Shown here one piece after another: positions 52,276-61,901 of a DNA stretch of 64,000 nt. Origin of the DNA: Vulcanimicrobiota bacterium. Its GTDB lineage: Bacteria > Vulcanimicrobiota > Vulcanimicrobiia > Vulcanimicrobiales > Vulcanimicrobiaceae. Below the pieces are notes generated by a model, which worked only from the letters and a program-made list of their open reading frames with translations, was not told where the DNA came from and ran no database searches. Position 1 is the stretch's first letter. Every line of letters starts with the position of its first letter. The translations under genes and the position numbers were made by a program. Location: assembly GCA_963777315.1 (NCBI GenBank), contig CAVZQC010000002.1, positions 128,001 to 192,000 of the forward strand, given 5' to 3'.

Positions 52276-54639
52276 GTGAAAGTTCCTTTGGCGTGGCTGC
52301 GTGATTACGTCGAGCTGCCCGCGGATTCGCAAGCGGTTGCCGACATGCTCGCGCAGATCGGATTTCCCGTCGACGCGATCGAGGAACGTCCGCTCGTAAC
52401 CGGCGTCGTGGCCGGGCGAATCGAGCAGCTCGACAAGCATCCCAACGCGGACCGGCTGCAAGTCGGCAAGATAGACGTCGGCAACGGGCGCCTGCTGACC
52501 ATTGCCACCGCGGCGACCAACGTCGAACGAGGGCAAACGATCGCGGTCGCGACCGTGGGCGCTCGGCTGCCGCAGTTGACGATCGAGCGGCGCAAGATGC
52601 GCGGAGTGGAATCGGACGGCATGATGATCTCCGCGGACGAGCTTGCGCTTCCGCCTGAATGGTTTGAAGACGGCATCATGCAGTTCGACGCCGCGCTCGA
52701 ACCCGGCACGAACGTGGTGGAGCGTTTCCGCCTGAGCGAACCGGTGCTCGACGTAGACGTCACGAGCAACCGCGCCGACGCGATGTCGATGATCGGTCTT
52801 GCGCGCGAACTGGCGGCCTATCAAGACGTACCGTTGCGCCTGCCGCAGCTGGACTACGCCTGCGACCGGACGGCAAGCGCGCCGCCTGCCGTGCAAATCG
52901 ACGCGCCGGACTGCCGCCGCTTCGTGGTGCAGCGATTCACCGGCGTGCACGCCGGCGCATCGCCCGCATGGATGCGCGTACGACTCGCGCTGGCCGGCCA
53001 GCGCCCCATCAACCGGGTAGTCGACATTTCGAACTACGTCATGCTCGAAACGGGCCAGCCGCTGCACTTTTACGACGATGCAAAGATTCCGGGCAGCCGT
53101 TTGATCGTGCGCGACGCGCTCCAAGACGAAACGATCGTCACGCTCGACGGTCAAGAGCATCGCCTGAACGGCAACGATCTGGTCATCGCGAGCGAAAACG
53201 GCGCGGAGGGGATTGCCGGACTCAAAGGCGGCAGACGCTCCGAAGTGAACGAAACGACTCGCGCCATTTTGCTGGAAAGCGCGAGCTTTACCGGAGCACG
53301 GGTGCGCCGCACCAGTGCGCGCTTAGGCTTTCGAACCGACGCCGGCGCGCGCCACGAGAAAGCGCTTCCGCTTGCGTTCACCGATCTCGGGCAGCAGCGC
53401 GCGGCGCACCTGCTGACTGCGCAAGGCGCGACCGCGCAGCCGGCGCTCGCGTTCGGCGCTCCGGTTCGTCCGCCGGATCCCATCGACTTCGACCTGCGCG
53501 ACGTCAAACGGCTGTTGGGCTACGACTTGGACGCACAGGCAGTGCGCGGCTACTTGGATCGCCTCGGTTTCGAAGTGCAGCAAAAGGACTCGCAGCGCGT
53601 TCTTGTCACTCCTCCGCTGTGGCGGCCCGACGTGACGATTGCTGCCGACGTGGTCGAGGAGATCGCGCGCATGGCCGGCTACGATCGCATCGAAAGCGCG
53701 ATTCCCGCGCTGGCGCAGCACGACATTCGCAGTGCGAGCTTCGAACTGGAGAGCCGCACCGCGCAAACGCTCTGCGCGCTGGGATACCACGAAATCGCCA
53801 GCATCGCGCTGCACGGGCGCCAGATCTTCGAACGGCTCGATCGCGCAGGCTTGCAGCCGTCGTTCCCGCCCGTCGAAGTGCTCAATCCGCTCTCGGAAGA
53901 TCAGCGCTACCTGCGGTTTGCGCTGGGACCGGCGTTCATGCAGTATTTCGCGCGGCACGGCGGCCCGGTGCGCATCTTCGAGCTCGGGCACATCTTCTAT
54001 CGTGAAGACGGACAGCCGCTCGAAACGCCCATGGCCGCGTTCGCATTCACGGCCCCGCCGCTGGACGAGCCGCCGTGGCGCGATTCGCATCTCTTGGCCA
54101 TCAAGGGGGACACCGAAGCGCTGCTGCGCGAATTGACCGGTCGCCGCGAATTCGAGTATGCGGCCGACGCGCGAAACGGCGCGCACCCCGGTAAAACAAC
54201 GGCGGTGCTGCTGGACGGGCGTGAAGTCGCGTTTATCTGCCGTGTCGACCCGCGCTTGGAAAAAGCATTCGGGATCTCGTTGCCGGTATACGGCTGCTGG
54301 ATCTTTCTGCAGAGAATTCCGGATTACGTGTCGCCGCTGTACCGCGCGCCTTCCAAGTACCCGTCAACGTACCGCGACGTGGCCATAGTCTGCGATCTCG
54401 ACGTCACCTCGGCAAGCGTGCAAAAAACCATTGCGGGATGCCTTGGAGAACTCTGCACCGGCGTTGCGGTCTTCGACGAATATCGCGGTCCGCAAATAGC
54501 ACCCGACAAGAAAAGCCTGGCGGTGCGAGTAACGCTGCAGCGCACGGATGCCACCATTACCGACAAGGAAGCCGAGTCCGCCATCGAGCGTGCGCTGCGC
54601 GAACTCGGGCAGCGGCTGGGCGCGGTGCTGCGGACGTGA
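52276..54639 (+). CDS. pheT: Phenylalanine-tRNA ligase beta subunit
   Basis: HPNADRL, NRADA, NYVMLETGQPLH, EEIARMAGYD, KKSLA. Confidence 0.97.
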   Translation: MKVPLAWLRDYVELPADSQAVADMLAQIGFPVDAIEERPLVTGVVAGRIEQLDKHPNADRLQVGKIDVGNGRLLTIATAATNVERGQTIAVATVGARLPQLTIERRKMRGVESDGMMISADELALPPEWFEDGIMQFDAALEPGTNVVERFRLSEPVLDVDVTSNRADAMSMIGLARELAAYQDVPLRLPQLDYACDRTASAPPAVQIDAPDCRRFVVQRFTGVHAGASPAWMRVRLALAGQRPINRVVDISNYVMLETGQPLHFYDDAKIPGSRLIVRDALQDETIVTLDGQEHRLNGNDLVIASENGAEGIAGLKGGRRSEVNETTRAILLESASFTGARVRRTSARLGFRTDAGARHEKALPLAFTDLGQQRAAHLLTAQGATAQPALAFGAPVRPPDPIDFDLRDVKRLLGYDLDAQAVRGYLDRLGFEVQQKDSQRVLVTPPLWRPDVTIAADVVEEIARMAGYDRIESAIPALAQHDIRSASFELESRTAQTLCALGYHEIASIALHGRQIFERLDRAGLQPSFPPVEVLNPLSEDQRYLRFALGPAFMQYFARHGGPVRIFELGHIFYREDGQPLETPMAAFAFTAPPLDEPPWRDSHLLAIKGDTEALLRELTGRREFEYAADARNGAHPGKTTAVLLDGREVAFICRVDPRLEKAFGISLPVYGCWIFLQRIPDYVSPLYRAPSKYPSTYRDVAIVCDLDVTSASVQKTIAGCLGELCTGVAVFDEYRGPQIAPDKKSLAVRVTLQRTDATITDKEAESAIERALRELGQRLGAVLRT

Positions 54640-54641
54640 GC

Positions 54642-55172
54642 ATGCTTTGGCCGGATATTCTCATCGGCGCGGTGCTGTTCATCGCAACGCTCAAAGGTTA
54701 CAAGCGCGGTTTCGTCCTCGAACTCTCCGGCGCCGTCGCGCTGTTCGCTTCACTGGTGACTCCGTGGCTGTATAACGGCGCATTCGACGGTACGCTGGAG
54801 AACGCGCTGCGGCTGGGACCCGGCTCGGCGCACGTCGTCGCAATGTTCGGGGTCGGTCTGGCGACGTACGTGGCGGTGCTGCTGCTCGCGCGCGTGCTCA
54901 ACGCCTTCGCCAAGCTGCCCGTGCTCGGTCTTGGAAACGCTGTGGCCGGCGGCGCGGTGGGCCTGCTCAAAGGCGTCGTGGGCGTGTGGGTCGTGCTCTA
55001 CGTCGCGCTCTTTTTTCCGCTCTCGCGCGACATTCGATCCGATTTGCACCGTTCGGTTTTAGTCGCGTACATCACGCAGCCGAATCCCATGGTCGACCGG
55101 AAAGTCATCGCGACGCTGCCGTGGTTTGCACGTCCGTTCGTCCATCCGATCTTTGCTCGGCATCGTGTTTAG
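54642..55172 (+). CDS. CvpA family membrane protein
   Basis: GYKRGFVLE, GGAVGLLKG, TM helices, position after pheT. Confidence 0.8.
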   Translation: MLWPDILIGAVLFIATLKGYKRGFVLELSGAVALFASLVTPWLYNGAFDGTLENALRLGPGSAHVVAMFGVGLATYVAVLLLARVLNAFAKLPVLGLGNAVAGGAVGLLKGVVGVWVVLYVALFFPLSRDIRSDLHRSVLVAYITQPNPMVDRKVIATLPWFARPFVHPIFARHRV

Positions 55173-56331
55173 TGCCCCCGGCCATGTCCAAGAACACGCG
55201 CAGCGCGGCCTGAACGCCCGAACCGACCCGAACCGGAACGTTGTACTCGAGCAGCGCGATCTCCAGCGCGCCCAGCGCACCGAGCACGTCCGTTTGCGAA
55301 ACGTCGCCCATCGTGCCCATGCGCACGATCTTGCCTTTGAGTTCGAGCTGTCCGCCGGAAAGGCAAACGCCGCGTTCTTCACGCAGCTTGCGCAGCAGCG
55401 TTGCGGCTTCGACTCCCTGCGGCACGTTGCCGGCAACGACGGTGACCGAATGTGCCCCAGGCTGCGAAAACACGCGCAATCCCAACGCGTTGAATGCATC
55501 CCGAACGGCGTGCGCGTACATTTCGTGCCGCTGCCATACTTGCGCCGCGCCCTCGGCATGATAATGGTGCAGCGCCGCATCCAGCGCGAATAGTATCGAT
55601 ACCGGCGGAGTCCATGGGGTTTGTCCTTGCCGGGAAAACTCGCGCGCCTTGAGCAGGTCGAAATAGAATCGCGGCGTCTTCGCACTTTCTATCGCCTTCC
55701 ACGCTCGCGGGCCCACGGCCACCACCGCAACGCCGGGCGGCGCGGCGAGCACCTTTTGCGATGCCGTCACCACGATGTCGTAACCCCAGTCGTCCATGCG
55801 GAAGTCGGTCGCTCCCAAACCGCTGACCGAATCGACTATCGCGATCGCGCCGTGTTCGCGCACGATGGGCGCAAGCTTGGCCATGTCGTTTTGCACGCCG
55901 GTCGACGTCTCGTTGTGCGTGAGCAAAATGCCCTTGAAACGGCGCTGGGTATCGGCGGCCAGCCGCTGCGCGAGCGCCTGCGGTTCGAGCGCGTATCCCG
56001 GATCGGTTTCGATCGTGTCCACGGCGATGCCGTAGGTTTTTGCGATGGCGCTCAGTCTGCGCCCGAACACGCCCACCGGCGCAGCCAGCACCGTATCGCC
56101 GGGTGAAAACGCCGACGCAATCGCCGCTTCCAATCCGCCGGTTCCGGACGAACCGAGCAGCAAAATGTCGGCTTGTCGCGATCCGAAAATGGGGCGCAAC
56201 CCGTCCTCGATCTGCCGGACCAGCGTGGCGAACTGCGGGCCGCGATGGTCGACGAGCGGCTTGCTCATCGCCGCAAGCACTTGTTCGGGGACGGTGACGG
56301 GTCCGGGAATGAAGAGCAGATTCTTTTTCAT
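55105..56331 (-). CDS. Class V aminotransferase (alanine-glyoxylate/serine-pyruvate family)
   Basis: FIPGP, DHRG, HNETSTG, VDSVS, ASQKVLAAPPG, RMGTMG. Confidence 0.92.
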   Translation of the reverse strand: MKKNLLFIPGPVTVPEQVLAAMSKPLVDHRGPQFATLVRQIEDGLRPIFGSRQADILLLGSSGTGGLEAAIASAFSPGDTVLAAPVGVFGRRLSAIAKTYGIAVDTIETDPGYALEPQALAQRLAADTQRRFKGILLTHNETSTGVQNDMAKLAPIVREHGAIAIVDSVSGLGATDFRMDDWGYDIVVTASQKVLAAPPGVAVVAVGPRAWKAIESAKTPRFYFDLLKAREFSRQGQTPWTPPVSILFALDAALHHYHAEGAAQVWQRHEMYAHAVRDAFNALGLRVFSQPGAHSVTVVAGNVPQGVEAATLLRKLREERGVCLSGGQLELKGKIVRMGTMGDVSQTDVLGALGALEIALLEYNVPVRVGSGVQAALRVFLDMAGGTKHDAEQRSDGRTDVQTTAASR

Positions 56332-56394
56332 GTTCCCGCGCCGTTCGCGCTCGAACGACGCGGGACTTCTTCAAAGGCTCCTTAAGTATGCCGG

Positions 56395-57432
56395 ATGCAG
56401 CGAGAACGCGTGCGGCTGACCGAGCTTTCGTCCTGCGCGGGTTGAGCGAGTAAACTCGGCTCTGCCGAGCTGACGCAGGTCTTGCGTCACTTGCCCGCCA
56501 CGGCGAATGCCCGCGTGCTCCTCGGTTACGGCACCTCCGACGACGCGGGCGTCTATCAAGTGCGAGACGATCTGGCACTGGTGCAGACCGTCGATTTCTT
56601 CACGCCCATCGTCGACGATCCGTTCGACTTCGGACGCATTGCCGCCGCCAACGCGCTTTCCGACGTCTATGCGATGGGAGGCGTACCCATCAGTGCGCTC
56701 AACATCGCCGCGTTCCCGATCGAAACGCTCGACGCGAGCATTCTCGAACGCATTCTCGAAGGGGGCGCCGCCGTCGCGCGGCAAGCCGGCGTGGCGATTC
56801 TGGGAGGGCACACGATCAAAGACGCGGAGCCCAAATACGGCATGGCGGTCGTGGGGACGATCGATCCCGCGTGCATCGTCACCAACGCGGGCGCGCGTCC
56901 GGGCAACATTCTGGTTTTGACCAAGCCGCTGGGAACCGGCGTTCTCTCCACTGCGCTCAAGCGCGGCGCGATCGAGGAACGCGAGATGCTGCCCGCAGTC
57001 GATTGGATGACGGCCTTGAACGATCGCGCGTGCGCGGCGATGCTGGCCGCCGGTGCATGCGCGGCTACGGACGTAACGGGATACGGCCTCCTGGGGCACG
57101 CGGCCGAAATGGCGCGTGCGTCGCACGTCGCGCTTCGAATCGACAGTTCGAAGGTTCCACTCATGCCGCTGGTGCGCGATCTGATCGATCGGGACATCGT
57201 TCCCGAAGGCAGCCGGCAGAACGCGGCAGCGCACCGCGCATTTGCGACGTTCTCCTCGAACGTAGCATCCGCGGTGGTTTTGGCGCTGTCGGACGCTCAG
57301 ACTTCGGGAGGGCTGCTGGTCGCGTTGCCGCCCTCCGGCCTGCAAACCTTTCGCACGGTACTGGGCGACGCGCACGCGGTGTGCGCGACGATCGGCGAAG
57401 TGCTCGACGGCGAAGGCATCGCCGTCATTTAG
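56395..57432 (+). CDS. selD: Selenide, water dikinase with selenocysteine (TGA at codon 17, 56443-56445)
   Basis: [16 protein letters not shown] in frame with [44 protein letters not shown]. Confidence 0.93.
56455..56469 (+). promoter_or_regulatory. Candidate bacterial SECIS hairpin
   Basis: CTCGGC-TCT-GCCGAG stem-loop starting 10 nt after the in-frame TGA. Confidence 0.5.
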
Positions 57433-58922
57433 TGCGCGTCATCCTCGCGCTCGATCAAGGAACGAGCAGCTCGCGCGCTGCGGTCTTCGATCGCAAAGGC
57501 GGCATGCTCGGATTCGCGCAGTGCGAAATATCGCAGCATTTTCCCCAGCCGGGCTGGGTGGAACACGATCCGCAAGAGATTTGGGAGTCGCAGTTGCAAA
57601 CGGCGGTGCAGGCGCTACGTGCTGCGGGAGCGTCCGCGAGCGACGTTGCCGCGATCGGCATAACGAATCAGCGCGAAACCACGCTGCTGTGGGAACGCGG
57701 CAGCGGAAATCCCGTTGCAAATGCCGTCGTCTGGCAGGACCGGCGAACCGCGGCGGCGTGCGAAGCGCTGCAGTCGCGCGGCGCAGGCGAACGCGTCGCG
57801 GCGCAAACCGGTCTCGTGCTCGATCCCTATTTTTCCGCCACCAAACTGGCGTGGCTGCTCGACAACATACCGGGGGCTCGCGCGAACGCGCAGCGCGGGG
57901 ATCTCGCCTTCGGTACCGTGGATTCGTGGCTGGTTTGGAAGCTCACGGGCGGCGCGCGGCACGTTACCGACGTCACCAATGCATCGCGCACGATGCTGTT
58001 CGACGTCCATCGGTTGGAGTGGAGCGACGATCTGCTGCGCGAGTTCAACGTTCCTGCAGCAGTGCTGCCGCAGGTACTGCCCTGCACCGCATCGTTCGGG
58101 ACGGCTGCGCCGCAGCTGTTCGGCTGCGCCATACCGATCTGCGCCGTCTGCGGCGATCAGCAGGCCGCTCTCATCGGCCAAGCCGGCTTTGCGCGCGGGC
58201 TTGCAAAAAACACGTACGGTACCGGTTCGTTTCTCATGCTCAATACCGGCACGGCGCCGGTGCGCAGCACGCACGGATTGCTGACGACTATCGCGTACGC
58301 GTTCGAACCGCAGCAAGCTACATACGCGCTCGAAGGATCGGTATTCGCCACGGGCGCCGCCATCCAATGGCTGCGCGACGGATTGCACATCATCGAGCGC
58401 GCGGCGGACGTCGAAGAGCTCGCCCGGCAAGTATCCGACACCGGAGGCGTGTATTTCGTCCCGGCCTTCACCGGGCTTGGCGCTCCGTACTGGGATCCGC
58501 TCGCGCGCGGCATCATAGCCGGCATTACGCGCGGCACGACGCGCGCGCATATCGCTCGGGCTGCGTTGGAATCGATCGCGTTCCAAAGCGCCGAAGTGAT
58601 CGGGGCCATGGAGCGCGACGCGGATTTGCAACTGGCGGAATTGCGCGTCGACGGCGGAGGTTCGGCCAGCGAGCTGTGCATGCAGCTGCAAGCCGATCTG
58701 ATCGCGGCGCCCGTCGTGCGCGCACGCATCATGCAGACCACGGCGTTGGGCGCAGCGTACTTGGCGGGGTTGCAGAGCGGATATTGGCGCGATCTCGACG
58801 AGGTCGGCCGGCAATGGGAACAAGACGCGCGGTTCGTTCCCGCGATGCCGGATGCGCAGCGGAGTACGGAGATGGAGCGATGGCGCCGCGCGGTGGCGCT
58901 GGCCAGAGGCTGGTCTGGATGA
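57432..58922 (+). CDS. glpK: Glycerol kinase
   Basis: [48 protein letters not shown] overlaps the selD stop. Confidence 0.96.
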   Translation: MRVILALDQGTSSSRAAVFDRKGGMLGFAQCEISQHFPQPGWVEHDPQEIWESQLQTAVQALRAAGASASDVAAIGITNQRETTLLWERGSGNPVANAVVWQDRRTAAACEALQSRGAGERVAAQTGLVLDPYFSATKLAWLLDNIPGARANAQRGDLAFGTVDSWLVWKLTGGARHVTDVTNASRTMLFDVHRLEWSDDLLREFNVPAAVLPQVLPCTASFGTAAPQLFGCAIPICAVCGDQQAALIGQAGFARGLAKNTYGTGSFLMLNTGTAPVRSTHGLLTTIAYAFEPQQATYALEGSVFATGAAIQWLRDGLHIIERAADVEELARQVSDTGGVYFVPAFTGLGAPYWDPLARGIIAGITRGTTRAHIARAALESIAFQSAEVIGAMERDADLQLAELRVDGGGSASELCMQLQADLIAAPVVRARIMQTTALGAAYLAGLQSGYWRDLDEVGRQWEQDARFVPAMPDAQRSTEMERWRRAVALARGWSG

Positions 58923-60355
58923 ACCGAAGTACCGGTTTACGGCGGCTCTGCTCCGAACGGTTCGACGTGCTGATCGTCGGCGGCGGTGCGACGGGTCTGG
59001 GTTGTGCCGTCGATGCGGCTTCTCGCGGATACAGCACCGCGCTGGTCGAGGCCGGCGACTTTGCCGGCGCGACTTCGAGCCGTTCGACCAAACTCGTGCA
59101 CGGCGGCGTGCGCTATCTTGCGCAAGGGAACGTTGCACTCGTTCGGGAGGCGCTGCGGGAACGAGGCCGTTTGCTGCGCAACGCGCGGGGTCTCGTGCGC
59201 GAAATGCCGTTCCTGATACCGGCGTACTCGTGGGCGCAGCGCGCGTATTACGCATTCGGACTGCGATGCTACGACGCCCTCGCCGGCGCGGAAGGCTTGT
59301 CGCGCAGCAGAACGGTGACGGCGCGCGAGGCCGCCGATCTGTTCCCCGCCGTGCAAGCGAAAGAGCTGCGCGGCGCGACCGTCTATTGGGATGCCGCGTT
59401 CGACGACGCGCGCTTGGCGATCGCACTGGCGCAGACTGCCGTCGATTACGGTGCGGCGATAGCGAATTACGTGCGGGCGCAATCTTTTCTTTTGGACGGC
59501 TCGCGAACGTGCGGCATACTCGCCGTGGACTGCGAATGCGATCGGACGTTCGAGATACGGGCGCGCGCGGTGATCAACGCGGGCGGAATATTCGCCGACG
59601 AACTGCGTTTGCTCGACGATGCTAACGCCGCGCCGCTGCTCGCCTTCAGCCGCGGTTCGCATCTCGTGTTCTCGCGCCAAGCCTTGCCGATTGGGCAAAC
59701 GGCCCTGCTGGTTCCACGCACCGCCGACGCTCGCGTGCTGTTCGCTCTTCCTTGGCACGGCAGCGTGCTTGCCGGAACCACCGACGTTCCGGCGCCGCGC
59801 GCCGAGCCCGAGCCGCAGCCGGACGCAGCCGAAGTCGACTACATCGTAGCGACCTTGAAGCGCTACGTGGACCGTCCGCTGCACGCAGCCGACGCGCGCA
59901 GCGCGTTCGCGGGACTGCGTCCGCTGATCCGGCGGACGGGCGCGACCACCGCGCATCTTTCCCGCGAACATCTCGTCGAAGTTTCCGGCACCGGACTCGT
60001 CACCGTCACCGGCGGCAAGTGGACGACGTACCGCAAAATGGCGCAGGACGCCGTAGACGCGGCATGCGAAACCGGCGCACTTGCCCGCAGCGTCTGCCGC
60101 ACGCACGAGCTGCGCCTGCGCGACGTTCCGGCGGCGCCGGACGCGGAGCGGGCAGCGGCTCACGAGATGGCGCGAACGCTGGCGGATCTGCTCGCGCGGC
60201 GCACGCGCGCGCTGTTCGTGGACGCGCGAGCCGCCCTGGCGCAGGCACCGCCTGCAGTCCAAACGCTCGGCCGCGTGCTGGGGCGAGGACCGGAATGGCA
60301 GCAGGAGCAGCTCTGCGGGTTCGAGTCGCTCGCAAAGCGGTATATCGTGGCATGA
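58919..60355 (+). CDS. glpD: FAD-dependent glycerol-3-phosphate dehydrogenase
   Basis: [41 protein letters not shown]. Confidence 0.93.
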   Translation: MNRSTGLRRLCSERFDVLIVGGGATGLGCAVDAASRGYSTALVEAGDFAGATSSRSTKLVHGGVRYLAQGNVALVREALRERGRLLRNARGLVREMPFLIPAYSWAQRAYYAFGLRCYDALAGAEGLSRSRTVTAREAADLFPAVQAKELRGATVYWDAAFDDARLAIALAQTAVDYGAAIANYVRAQSFLLDGSRTCGILAVDCECDRTFEIRARAVINAGGIFADELRLLDDANAAPLLAFSRGSHLVFSRQALPIGQTALLVPRTADARVLFALPWHGSVLAGTTDVPAPRAEPEPQPDAAEVDYIVATLKRYVDRPLHAADARSAFAGLRPLIRRTGATTAHLSREHLVEVSGTGLVTVTGGKWTTYRKMAQDAVDAACETGALARSVCRTHELRLRDVPAAPDAERAAAHEMARTLADLLARRTRALFVDARAALAQAPPAVQTLGRVLGRGPEWQQEQLCGFESLAKRYIVA

Positions 60356-61335
60356 AATCTCGACCGCTCGGCTCGTCCGGAATGTCGGTTTCGGAGATCG
60401 GTTACGGCTGCATGGGGCTGACGTGGGCCTACGGGCAACCCGTTACGCCGCAGGCCGACGACGGCGCCATCGCGTTGTTGAACCGCGCCGTGGATTTAGG
60501 CGTCACGCTATTCGATACGGCCGACATGTACGGCCCGTTCACCAACGAGGAGTTGGTCGGCAAGGCGCTGGAGCAGCGCCGCGGCCAAGTCATCATTGCG
60601 ACCAAATGCGGAATCGTCGTGCACGGCGATCCCAAAGACTACGACATGCGCCGCGACGGCAGCCCGCAGCACATAGCGCAGGCATGCGAAGCTTCGCTGC
60701 GGCGCCTAAGAATCGACACGATCGATCTGTATCAACTGCACCGCGTCGATCCGTCGGTGCCGGTCGAAGAGAGCGTCGGCGCAATGGCCGAGCTCGTGCG
60801 TGCGGGCAAAGTGCGCGCCGTCGGATTGTCCGAGGTCGACGTTGCAACGCTCGAACGCGCGGTGCGCGTGCATCCGATCGCGACGCTGCAATCGGAATAT
60901 TCGTTGTTCGAGCGTAACGTGGAGCCGGAAATCCTGCCGTGGTGCGAACGCAACGGCGTGGCATTGCTCGCGTACTCGCCGCTTGGGCGCGGCATGCTCA
61001 CCGGACGACTGCAGCGCTCAGACATCGCGGCCGGCGACTTTCGCGCAACGCTGCCGCGCTTTCAAGCCGAAGCGTTCGAACACAATACGCGCATCGCGCA
61101 GCGCGTGGCTGCGATTGCGCAGCGTCTGCACGCGACGGCCGGACAAGTCGCCTTGGCGTGGCTGCTCGCCAAGAGCCCGGCGGTCGTGCCGATTCCCGGC
61201 ACCAAGCGCGTGCAGTATCTCGAGGAGAACGCCGGTGCGGCCGCCGTTGTACTGGCGCCAGGCGACGTCGCGGAGCTCGACGCAGTTCCAGCGCCGATGG
61301 GAGGCCGTTACCCGCAGGCATCCGCCACGCGATGA
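60352..61335 (+). CDS. Aldo/keto reductase
   Basis: GYGCMG, DTADMYG, IATK, IDLYQLHR, GLSE, YSPLGRG, IPGT. Confidence 0.94.
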   Translation: MKSRPLGSSGMSVSEIGYGCMGLTWAYGQPVTPQADDGAIALLNRAVDLGVTLFDTADMYGPFTNEELVGKALEQRRGQVIIATKCGIVVHGDPKDYDMRRDGSPQHIAQACEASLRRLRIDTIDLYQLHRVDPSVPVEESVGAMAELVRAGKVRAVGLSEVDVATLERAVRVHPIATLQSEYSLFERNVEPEILPWCERNGVALLAYSPLGRGMLTGRLQRSDIAAGDFRATLPRFQAEAFEHNTRIAQRVAAIAQRLHATAGQVALAWLLAKSPAVVPIPGTKRVQYLEENAGAAAVVLAPGDVAELDAVPAPMGGRYPQASATR

Positions 61336-61901
61336 TTTCGAGCGAACCGTTCGCACGTTTGGCCGCGAGCCTGCGGCGCGTGCGAGACAGCGAAGAAACC
61401 GATGCGCGCGTGGTTGGCTGGCTGCGCGGCGCCGTTTCCCTGGCGCGTGCGCTGCCTGCGCCCGCAACGATCCCTTCGGACCGGCAATACACGCGCACGC
61501 TCCTGCACAGGAGCGACCTGTTCGAGGTTCTCGTGCTGCATTGGATGCCCAACGGCGCCAGCACGATCCACGACCACGGCGGGTCGCAGTGCTGGTTTGC
61601 GGTGGCGAGCGGGACGATGGGCGTGGAGAACTACGCGCGCAGGGACCGCGGCGATACGGGCGGCTACGCGCGCATCGCTTTGCAGGGCCGTCAGGAACTG
61701 GTTGCCGGCTGCATCGACTACCGCGGGGACGACGAGCACCTGCACCGCTGCATTGCCCGCGACGACCTCGTCACGACGCTTCACGTCTACGCCGCTCCCC
61801 TGAAGCGCTATTACACGTTCGACGAACGGGCGCAAACATGCAGTCCGGAGATCGCATCGTACGACGCAATCTTTGAAGGCGCGTTGCCGGCACTCCGTTA
61901 G
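61332..61901 (+). CDS. Cysteine/thiol dioxygenase family protein
   Basis: YTRT, IHDHGGSQC, HLHR, TLHVY. Confidence 0.82.
   Translation: MISSEPFARLAASLRRVRDSEETDARVVGWLRGAVSLARALPAPATIPSDRQYTRTLLHRSDLFEVLVLHWMPNGASTIHDHGGSQCWFAVASGTMGVENYARRDRGDTGGYARIALQGRQELVAGCIDYRGDDEHLHRCIARDDLVTTLHVYAAPLKRYYTFDERAQTCSPEIASYDAIFEGALPALR

Noticed and set aside
55105..55185. Possible frameshift at the aminotransferase 3' end causing a 68-nt overlap with cvpA
   Set aside because: Convergent overlaps are common in this window and no conserved motif is lost; it cannot be decided from the sequence.
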